A DNA stretch of 64,000 nt from a virus. Positions 56,539-64,000 of the stretch are shown here, piece after piece. A program made the position numbers and the translations under genes. Numbering within the stretch: position 1 is the first letter of the stretch; each line of letters opens with the position of its first letter. Location of the stretch: IMG/VR virus record IMGVR_UViG_3300033233_000009, positions 32,001 to 96,000 of that record, one strand, 5' to 3'. Under the pieces are notes generated by a model, which was not told where the DNA came from, made no database searches, and was given only the letters and a program-made list of their open reading frames with translations.

Positions 56539-56719
56539 CTCAACGCCAACCCAGCGAGCGCCAGCGCGCGCTGTGTGGGCGCTGTGGGCGCTGGCCGGCT
56601 ACGTCGTGCCGAGGGTAAGCGACGAGGGCTGCGGGGCCGCCTGGAGCGGGAGGGGCTCCAACTTTCATGTGGCCGAGGCTGACTCCCGCGCAACCGCGCG
56701 GCCTACCAAGCTCTGGACC

Positions 56720-56944
56720 ATGGAAACCATGACGTTCAATCTACTCCGTCGCCGCCACGGCCTCACCCTCACCCGCGTCGCCAGGGAAGCGCGCTGCGCC
56801 CCGCGCACGGCCCGGCGGTTTGAGCGGGGCCTTGCAGTGCGCGATGCCAGCGCTGAGCGCCTCCGGGCTGCGTACTGGCGGCTCACCACTCCCCGCTATT
56901 TCGACGACAGCGGAACGCTCCTTCGTCCGATCCGTCCGGCATAA
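56720..56944 (+). CDS. XRE-like HTH protein
   Basis: LRRRHGLTLTRVAREA..TARRFERG. Confidence 0.6.
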   Translation: METMTFNLLRRRHGLTLTRVAREARCAPRTARRFERGLAVRDASAERLRAAYWRLTTPRYFDDSGTLLRPIRPA

Positions 56945-56987
56945 TCGGTAATACGCAGGAGGGTAGCAACGTGCTACGGTGGGCCGG

Positions 56988-57383
56988 ATGCCTCGCCCGG
57001 CCCGGAGCTACGAGCGCGCCGCACTAAAGGCTGGCCTGCTCGCCGTGGACGCCGAGGGCAGGGTCTGGCGCCTGCGGCGCTTCGGCCGCCCCTGCGCGCC
57101 GTACCGGGCCGAGAGCCCGCGGGCCGACGGGTACCTCGCGGCGCCCCTGTCGCTGGCCGGGCGCCGCGTCCGGGTGCTCGCGCACCGGCTGGTGTTCGAG
57201 GCGCGCGTCGGCCGGATCCCCGGGGGCTGGGTTGTGCGCCACCGGAACGGCCAGCGCGCCGACAACCGCCCCGAGAACCTCGTGGCCGCACCGCATCCGG
57301 TGCCAGGGAAGCGTCGGACGCCGGCCAGCGTACAACCCGAACGGTTGGCCGGAGGCGAGCCTTCCGGCAGGATGACCCCATGA
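56988..57383 (+). CDS. HNH endonuclease (HNH_3 type)
   Basis: GYL..AHRLVFEA..G.IP..VVRHRNGQRADNRPENL. Confidence 0.85.
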   Translation: MPRPARSYERAALKAGLLAVDAEGRVWRLRRFGRPCAPYRAESPRADGYLAAPLSLAGRRVRVLAHRLVFEARVGRIPGGWVVRHRNGQRADNRPENLVAAPHPVPGKRRTPASVQPERLAGGEPSGRMTP

Positions 57384-58585
57384 GCACAGTCCTACGTCAC
57401 GTCGGCTGGTGTCCCGTCTGCGAGGGCACGTTCAAGGTGCGGAACAAGCTGCTCGTGCACCACGGGTACGAGCGGCCCGGCCACGGGTACATCGTGGGCG
57501 ACTGCTTCGGCGTGAACCGCCCGCCGCACGAGCTATCGCCGCGCACAGCCGAGGAGTACCTGTCCGACGCCGTGGTCCCCCGCATCCGCGCGGTCGAGAA
57601 GTCGATCCAGCACCTGGGGCCGCCCGGCGAACCGAAGGAACTGTTCTTCGATGAGTACGACCGGGTGAGCCGCCAGTACGTGCCGGTGATGAAGCGGCGC
57701 TCCGAGGTGAAGGACTACGACTGGACGAACCGGCTTCGGCGCATCCGCGAGCAGGCGGCCGACGAGCTTGCGTCGTGGCAAAAGGAAGCACGGCAACTGG
57801 AAAAGCTGATCGCAGAGTGGCAGCCGCAGCCGCTGCGCACGGTCGAGGAGGAGGAGGCGGCGCACCGCGAGGTCAAGGCGGCGCAGCACTCCCGCGTCAG
57901 CGCCGACCGGGAGCAGCGCTCTGCGCACGCGCTCGTGAACCTCCAGCAGCAGATCGACCGGGCTGTGAAGAAGCGGGACGTGTACGACCTGACCGGCCTG
58001 TACGCCCGCGCCTGGGAGAAGGTTTCCGGCCCGCTCGGGCGAGAGGCCGAATTGACCCGCGATCAGGTGCTCAAGCTGGTGGACCGGGACGAGGTCTGGG
58101 GCGCCCTCGGCTTCATGCGCGGCCGGGAGTACCTCCCATGGCGGGAGGCCGAGGCCATGGACAAGTGGCGCACGGACATCGACTGGCCGGAGCCGCGCGC
58201 CGTCTCGCGGGAGACGCTCGCCCAGGTGAAGGCCGAACGCGCAGCCAAGAAACAGGCGAAGGAGCAGGCGTCTATCGACAGTGCGCACGCTCAGCACGCA
58301 GCGCGGGTCGAGAAGGCTCTCCGTACCCGCAACATGAAAGCGTTGATGCAGGCGTTCCTGGGTGCGGAGCTTCCGTACGACCTCGGCCGCAAGCTCCCCG
58401 ACCGTGGCCGCAGCCAGATGATTCCTCTGCTCGGCATGGACGACCTGTGGGCGTCCCTCGGCTGGGTTCACCCGGACGGGGCCTACTGGTCCACCAAGGA
58501 CTTCGAGACAGCTATCGGAGTGCCCTACTACGACAACGACCGCTTCGACCCGACCGGGGTCTTCGAGTGGCCGGAAGGCTTCTGA
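57380..58585 (+). CDS. Zn-binding hypothetical phage protein
   Basis: GWCPVC..LVHHGYERPGHGYIVGDCFG. Confidence 0.7.
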   Translation: MSTVLRHVGWCPVCEGTFKVRNKLLVHHGYERPGHGYIVGDCFGVNRPPHELSPRTAEEYLSDAVVPRIRAVEKSIQHLGPPGEPKELFFDEYDRVSRQYVPVMKRRSEVKDYDWTNRLRRIREQAADELASWQKEARQLEKLIAEWQPQPLRTVEEEEAAHREVKAAQHSRVSADREQRSAHALVNLQQQIDRAVKKRDVYDLTGLYARAWEKVSGPLGREAELTRDQVLKLVDRDEVWGALGFMRGREYLPWREAEAMDKWRTDIDWPEPRAVSRETLAQVKAERAAKKQAKEQASIDSAHAQHAARVEKALRTRNMKALMQAFLGAELPYDLGRKLPDRGRSQMIPLLGMDDLWASLGWVHPDGAYWSTKDFETAIGVPYYDNDRFDPTGVFEWPEGF

Positions 58586-58730
58586 GCGCTGCCACTTGCG
58601 CCACCGCCGCCACTGGTGTACCTGACCGGAGTGACGCCCGTGACGGGCCTGGCCTACCTGGCGGCGCTGCCGCCGCCGTCGTGAATACAAGCGTACCCGC
58701 GAACGTCGTTCGGAGGAAGGACCACCGGAA

Positions 58731-59111
58731 GTGCAGCACCTGCCGCTAGTAGCCGACCTGTACGAGGAGAAGGAAGGGCAGCGCACGCTGCTCGGCTCGT
58801 ACCCGGTCCACGTGCGGCGCCGGAGCCCCGGTTACCTGACTGCGGAGGTGCGCCACTCGTGTGGCTTTCTGCGCACGCTCATGGACCATCCGAAGCACTG
58901 CTGGGTGGTGCGGCGCGGCGCGGCCGTACTGGAGACCCGGCCCGTGTCGTCGTACGTGCTCGGTGCGCCTCCGCCGGGCACGGCGCCCGACGCCACGCTG
59001 CAAGCCTGGCAGTTCGAGCAGATCGCGGTCTGGGCGTGGAACTCGACCGACGACGGATGGCGCGAGCGCTTCGGCGTCGAGGCATTGCAAGGACAGGAAG
59101 ACCTCCCATGA
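58731..59111 (+). CDS. Hypothetical protein
   Basis: Overlaps the next start. Confidence 0.45.
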   Translation: MQHLPLVADLYEEKEGQRTLLGSYPVHVRRRSPGYLTAEVRHSCGFLRTLMDHPKHCWVVRRGAAVLETRPVSSYVLGAPPPGTAPDATLQAWQFEQIAVWAWNSTDDGWRERFGVEALQGQEDLP

Positions 59112-59335
59112 GCGAGAAGCACTACACCATCAGGCAGGCGATCTTCGACGCCTTCGGGATCGTCGCGAAGGGACTGGAGGAGCCGAGGGACCTCGCCAGG
59201 CTGGCGCTGCTGCTGCGCACCGCGGGGCACTCGCTCACCCTGATGTGCAGGGGCTGGGCGTTCGAGGCGATCGAGAAGGCCGCCGAGGAGGCTGAACGGC
59301 TGCTGCGCGAACCCGGGAGGGAGGACGTGCCATGA
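59108..59335 (+). CDS. Hypothetical protein
   Basis: Coupled junctions. Confidence 0.5.
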   Translation: MSEKHYTIRQAIFDAFGIVAKGLEEPRDLARLALLLRTAGHSLTLMCRGWAFEAIEKAAEEAERLLREPGREDVP

Positions 59336-59928
59336 CCTGGATCGAGACGTTCAGCGGTAAGCGGTTCGACCTGCTGGAACCAACGCCCGAGCAGGTGGAC
59401 CTGAAGGACATCGCCCACGCGCTCGCCCGGATCAACCGGTTCACGGGCCACACCACCGTTCCGTACTCGGTTGCAGAACACGCCATGCACGTCGAGTGGT
59501 GCGTCCGGGAGATCGGGAACGGCGACCCGCTCCTGAATGCGCTCGCGCTGCACCACGACGACGCGGAGGCGTACGTGGGGGACGTGTCGGCGCCGATGAA
59601 GGCGGCGCTACGGGAGTCGGCGTACGACGGGCGCACGTGGTTCCACTCCATCGAGGATGGCGTGCAGGAGACCATCCTGAAGGCCCTGAGCCTGCCGGAA
59701 CCGACGTCCGAGCAGGAGGCCATCATCAAGGAGGCCGACCTCTGGTGCCTGGCAGCCGAGCGCATGGTGCTCATGCCGAACACCGGCGAGCACGAGTGGT
59801 ACCTGAAGGCGCAGGCGCCACCGGAGCTTGTCCAGCGGCTCCGAGAGCCGTACTGGCGCCACGCCCGGGTGGAGGAGATCGGGGCGCGGTTCTACGACGC
59901 GGCCAAATCCCTGCTGGCCCAGCAGTGA
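59332..59928 (+). CDS. HD-domain 5'-deoxynucleotidase (YfbR/YfdR-like)
   Basis: WIETFSG, DIAHALARINRFTGH..YSVAEH, LHHDDAEAYVGD..PMK. Confidence 0.9.
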   Translation: MTWIETFSGKRFDLLEPTPEQVDLKDIAHALARINRFTGHTTVPYSVAEHAMHVEWCVREIGNGDPLLNALALHHDDAEAYVGDVSAPMKAALRESAYDGRTWFHSIEDGVQETILKALSLPEPTSEQEAIIKEADLWCLAAERMVLMPNTGEHEWYLKAQAPPELVQRLREPYWRHARVEEIGARFYDAAKSLLAQQ

Positions 59929-60386
59929 GCGTCCCGCGGTGCCCCTCGAAGGCTGGGCACCGCCGCTGGACCTGCCCGTACTGCCGACGGCGGTTCGCGG
60001 CGCGGTCCCAGGAGGACCCGGAGCAGTTTGCGGCGCGCTGCGGCGCGCACCAGCGAAGCCGCCTCTGTGGCGCGCTCGACCTGGCTGACCGGCTGGGTGC
60101 GCGGGAGCTGGAGCGCCTGATCGGTCGCACCGGCGACTTCCTGGAAGGGCACGCGGCGCTGAAGGAAGCGGGTCTCGTCGAGACGCACCGTACACGCCTC
60201 GTCGAGCCCGACTCCCTGCGGCCCGAGCCGTGGGCGCCGATCTGGGCCATCGAGTACGAGCGGTACCTGCGGCGGAAGCCGCGGCGCCCGTTCAGTGAGC
60301 GCGTTGCCGAGCTACGGGCGGCGGCGGAGAGTCCCGAGAGCGTGGAGCGGGCCCGTGCGTTTCTCGCGCTCGTTGACAAGGGCTGA
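59925..60386 (+). CDS. Zinc-finger hypothetical protein
   Basis: CPYC; coupled junction. Confidence 0.45.
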   Translation: MSVPRCPSKAGHRRWTCPYCRRRFAARSQEDPEQFAARCGAHQRSRLCGALDLADRLGARELERLIGRTGDFLEGHAALKEAGLVETHRTRLVEPDSLRPEPWAPIWAIEYERYLRRKPRRPFSERVAELRAAAESPESVERARAFLALVDKG

Positions 60387-60408
60387 CCCCTGTGGCAGCA
60401 TCGGCAGC

Positions 60409-60609
60409 ATGATGAAGACTGAGCAGCCCGACAGCCGCGACTGGATCCCCCCGGAGGATATGCGCCGCATCTTCGTGGCGCTCAAGTACGCGAGGGCTCA
60501 CATGAGCATCGACGGTGACGGGCAAGCGGCGGCGATCGAGTGCCTGGCCGACGCCGTGGAAGACCTGGCGACCTACGTGGCCAACAGCAGAGGCAGCCGT
60601 GGCCTGTGA
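60409..60609 (+). CDS. Hypothetical protein
   Basis: Upstream TTGACA-N17-CAGCAT at 60373. Confidence 0.45.
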   Translation: MMKTEQPDSRDWIPPEDMRRIFVALKYARAHMSIDGDGQAAAIECLADAVEDLATYVANSRGSRGL

Positions 60610-61310
60610 TCGCATCGTCAGGTTTTCGGCGTACCCGAAGCCGAGCCGCGAGGACATCGCCAATCTGCTCCAGGATTACTTCGGGCTCGGCGGCGCAACA
60701 TCGATCAAGTGGAATACGGACCGGTTCGACGTGCTTATGGTCGGCAACTGCTCGTCGCCCCGGGCGCGCTACCGCGCGCGGCTCGGGCTCCCTGGCTCGG
60801 ACCTGAAGATTATCGCGCGGCTCTCCTCGTACCGAGCGAACGGTGGCGTCACCGGTGTGTGTCGGACGTGCTCACGGACGAGGGCGAAGGAACTGTACCC
60901 GCTCCCCGGGAAGGAGCCCGTCACGACGCGGACCAAGCGCGCGAGGAGTGCCGACGGGTTCGTTCGCGGGCTGCACAAGAAGGCGGTTTTGCTGCGCATG
61001 CAGGGACGGGAGCGAGAGGGCCTTTTGCGGGACGCGCTGGAGCGTCTGCGTCACAATCGCGGCCCGTGGACGGAGCGCTACGACATTGCGAGCCGCGCAC
61101 TCGCGGAGACGGCGCCAAAGGCGAGTAACCCCGAACCCACCACCGGTGCAACCGTGAAGCAGTACACCATCGTGGTCTGCGCGCCCCGAGTCGTGACCAC
61201 CTACGCTCGCACCTGGGACGGCTACGTTGCGCTCCAGCTCTGGTGGACGACATGACCGCGTTCTTCCGCTACCTGTTCGGCCTCCTGATCCCGCGCGGTT
61301 GGGGGCACTG

Positions 61311-61790
61311 ATGGCTGCACCCACCGTTGCTGTCTCGGCAGTGATCCTCGACGCGCTGCGACGGCGCGCGACAGAGGCGCGGTGGGAGCTGGGCCGGCTT
61401 CTGCTCGACCTGCTGCGCGCCGGGGCGGAGACGGTCCGGTTCGACGATGTGCGCGTAGCGGACGCCGTAGCCTCGGTCAGGGAGGCCGAGGCGGCGGTGA
61501 CCGAAGCGGAGAGCGCGGCTGCCGAGCTGGAGCGGCTGCGGCAGGAGAACGCCGTGCTGCGCGGCGAGCTGGACGGGTTCCTGCCCCCGATGGACGGCCG
61601 CGGCACGACGGCGTCCGGGGAGGCGCTCCAGACCAACGCGGCGCTCCGCTCGCTCGTCGCCGCGTGGCAGCCGGTCGTGCGGGCAGCCGATGCGTGGCAG
61701 GGGGCCGGTGGGGGAGACCGAGCTGCCGAGGCGAAGCTGTTGGAAGCCCTGTACGGGCTCACCGACGCGCAGCGGGAGGCGGCCCGGTGA
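61311..61790 (+). CDS. Coiled-coil hypothetical protein
   Basis: AELERLRQENAVLRGEL. Confidence 0.45.
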   Translation: MAAPTVAVSAVILDALRRRATEARWELGRLLLDLLRAGAETVRFDDVRVADAVASVREAEAAVTEAESAAAELERLRQENAVLRGELDGFLPPMDGRGTTASGEALQTNAALRSLVAAWQPVVRAADAWQGAGGGDRAAEAKLLEALYGLTDAQREAAR

Positions 61791-62117
61791 TCGGCAGCGT
61801 TCTGGGCGCGGTCGCGGCCATGGTGCTCGTGGTCGGCATCCGGGCAGCGGTCTACTACCCGTTCTGGAAGCGGCACCAATCGGAGCGGCACCATGACTGA
61901 AAGCGCCGGCACCGGCCCGGACGTGACCACGCTCCGGGCGGCCATCGCGAAGGCCGACGCGCTGATCGCGCACTACCACCAGGGCATCACGCTCGCGCAG
62001 AGCCTGAAGCGGACGCTCGTGCTACGTCTGCTCCACGCGCAGTTCCAGAACCTCACCGTGTTCGAGCAGAACAAGCTGCTGCGTGGCTACGGGCTCGAAC
62101 CGTGAAAGGGCTGTAGG

Positions 62118-62468
62118 ATGGCGACATCGAAGAAGCGAATCAGGCGACGGCGGAGCGAGTCGGAGGTGTCCGTGGCCATCAACGAGCGTGTCCACTCGCT
62201 GGAGGACGCCGTGTTTGCAGCGATGGACGCCGTCGAGCGTCACGCCGGGCTGCGCGCGGCAACGGAGATCGTGCCCGTTGCGCTGACCATGTTCGCGGCG
62301 CAGATCGCCTGGCACGAGACGCTGGCCACCGAGGAGGACTTCGTGAACGAGGCGCGGCGCTGCTTTCAGAAGATCGCGATCGCGCACGCGGGCTGCCGGC
62401 GCAGGACGCAAGGCCAGCCCGCGCACGGGGCGCCGGTGCACGGGGCACGGCGGGACGATCTGAATTGA
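62118..62468 (+). CDS. Hypothetical protein
   Basis: Coherent ORF. Confidence 0.5.
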   Translation: MATSKKRIRRRRSESEVSVAINERVHSLEDAVFAAMDAVERHAGLRAATEIVPVALTMFAAQIAWHETLATEEDFVNEARRCFQKIAIAHAGCRRRTQGQPAHGAPVHGARRDDLN

Positions 62469-62818
62469 GCGTGGCCGCACTGCGCGAGGAGTTGCAGCGC
62501 GAGCAGGTCGTCTGGGCGCTCGGATCCATGCGCCCTGTGAAGGACTGGGAGCGCTGGGGCCTGGCCAAGGCGGCACTGGAGGCGCACCTGCCACCCGGCA
62601 CGCCGATGCGGCTCCCGCTCGGGCTCATGCCGGACTGGTACCGCCAGACGTTCGCCGACCCGACGCAGATTGATGGCCGCGTCGCGCTGATCGAGGCGAA
62701 CTCGGCGGTGGTGACGGTGATCACTGCCACGCACTGGAACGGCGGCACGAGGTACTCGGTCGAGTCCGTCGCCTTCCTCGACGCGGTGCTGGCAGGCCAG
62801 GTAGGGGACGCCTCGTGA
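62465..62818 (+). CDS. Hypothetical protein, distant paralog of the next gene
   Basis: Ends FLDAVLAG..DAS. Confidence 0.5.
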   Translation: MSVAALREELQREQVVWALGSMRPVKDWERWGLAKAALEAHLPPGTPMRLPLGLMPDWYRQTFADPTQIDGRVALIEANSAVVTVITATHWNGGTRYSVESVAFLDAVLAGQVGDAS

Positions 62819-63141
62819 CGCTCGCTTCCCTGAAAGAGGACAGCGAGTACGAGCTGATCGTGCGGACGCTGGCGGCCGGAACCACCGTGCGCGTATGGGG
62901 CTGGTTGAACGAAAGCATCGCGCGGCACGTGCCGAGCGGCACGCGCGTTCTGCTGGACGCTCCGGTGGTGCCGATCCTGCTCCGCGACCTGTCGCCCGAG
63001 CCACAGGGCCAGGTCGCCACGGTGCTCGATTGGGATGCGTACAACGTCCGGTTGCTGTTCAGCGACGGCCAGCAGGTCTGGATGCCGACCGAGCGCTTTA
63101 TCGACGCGGTGTTCGACGGCACGGCAAGGGACGCCTCGTGA
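62815..63141 (+). CDS. Hypothetical protein flanked by 21-bp direct repeats
   Basis: Ends FIDAVFDG..DAS; gggacgcctcgtgacgctcgc at 62805 and 63128. Confidence 0.5.
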   Translation: MTLASLKEDSEYELIVRTLAAGTTVRVWGWLNESIARHVPSGTRVLLDAPVVPILLRDLSPEPQGQVATVLDWDAYNVRLLFSDGQQVWMPTERFIDAVFDGTARDAS

Positions 63142-63434
63142 CGCTCGCGGAGATTCGCGCGGAGGTCGAGCGGCACCTGGCGGTGTCGGCCCTCTCGGGC
63201 GCGAGCCGGGCGGTGAGCGAGGGGACGGCCCAGCGCGTCCTGGCGGCCCTGCTGCGCGCACACCTGCGGCCGCGGTGCACCCTGCTTTGGTACGGCGAGC
63301 CCTGGCTGCTGGAGCGGTTCGAGCACGGCGACCTGATCTTCCACCGCCCCCGGAGCGTGATCCGTCTCGATCGACTTCCTGACGGCGCTCCGGCGGGGCG
63401 GCGTGCGGGACGACCCGGCCGGCGCGGAAGCGCC

Positions 63435-63469
63435 CGTAACGTGACGGTTGCTGCGCGTCACGTTACGCC
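63435..63469. promoter_or_regulatory. 12-bp perfect inverted repeat, putative operator
   Basis: cgtaacgtgacg-N9-cgtcacgttacg; the right arm plus flanks recurs exactly at 53771-53785. Confidence 0.55.
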
Positions 63470-64000
63470 CGTCCGTTACGCCTTCGGTTGCAGCCAGGAC
63501 GGAACGAAGGTTGCGCCGGGGGCTGCCTACGCTGCCAGTGCCGCCAGTGGCGTTGGCACGGCGGGTGCAGGCTGGGGGAGCATGACGAACATGAAGCTGG
63601 CCGATGGCGAGTACCGGGTGCGAGAGACGACGCGGAACCCGCTCCCTGCGAGGGAGCACCGGAAGGAAGGCGGCTGGCTCCGCGCCGCCGTGTGGGACCG
63701 TGGACTGCAAATCACGGTCAAGGATGGCCGACTGAGCGGCTACCCCGGCCACGGTCGGCACCCGCCGCCGCTCACCGCTGCGCAGCAACGACTGGTCTGT
63801 CAGGCAATCACCCCGATGCTGACGCCGTGGGCGCCAAGCGTGCCGAGTGAACTTCACGAGCTTCCCTACCAGGGCGCAAGTCGGGTTCTCGATGCCCTCG
63901 CACTCGCGGGGAAGATCACGCTCGACGACGTGCGCGAGGCGTGCGCGGTCGTCAAGGCAGTGCGAGACATCGACGAGGTGTTCGAGGGCCTCCGCGCTCT

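Larger units (their letters stand above)
1..64000 (+). mobile_element. Segment of a large virus-like genome, probably a tailless membrane-containing dsDNA virus; ends not in window
   Basis: Single-strand coding, tight gene overlaps, many small ORFans, phage-type genes (ThyX, DUF3310, HNH, HD, M15 peptidase), no cellular housekeeping operons. Confidence 0.8.

Noticed and set aside
1-64000. Tailed phage (Caudoviricetes) or cellular chromosome assignment
   Set aside because: No terminase, portal, tail or housekeeping motifs recognised here; not excluded for sequence outside the window
1-64000. tRNA/rRNA genes, integrase, reverse transcriptase/DGR
   Set aside because: No recognisable signatures by eye; tRNAscan and HMM searches were not run

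Overview
High-GC, densely packed window, almost entirely coded on the + strand, with many overlapping ATGA/GTGA junctions. It reads as part of a large virus-like genome. No rRNA, tRNA, terminase, portal or tail genes are recognisable by eye. Region 1-28 kb looks like the virion module of a tailless, membrane-containing virus. It holds three beta-rich putative single jelly-roll proteins, an Arg/Lys-rich core-like protein, about 15 C-terminally membrane-anchored proteins sharing GLG motifs (several with peptidoglycan-binding domains), two membrane-tethered peptidoglycan hydrolases, a ComM/YifB-like ATPase, an HNH nuclease and a J-domain protein. Region 31.1-34.9 kb holds a compact Cas12m (type V-M/V-U1)-like effector with an apparently intact RuvC D-E-D triad and a 23-repeat CRISPR array, with no cas1/cas2 in the window. 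Spacer 5 matches a structural gene of the element itself 36/36 (22153-22188). An orphan repeat precedes a promoter at 39.5 kb, and a repeat-like hairpin follows the putative capsid gene. Together these suggest CRISPR-linked self-regulation or inter-virus competition. Region 35-64 kb holds ThyX, DUF3310, two GT4 glycosyltransferases, an FkbM methyltransferase, a myxobacterial-style lipoprotein, HNH and HD-domain genes and many small hypothetical genes. All calls come from reading motifs by eye; no searches were run.
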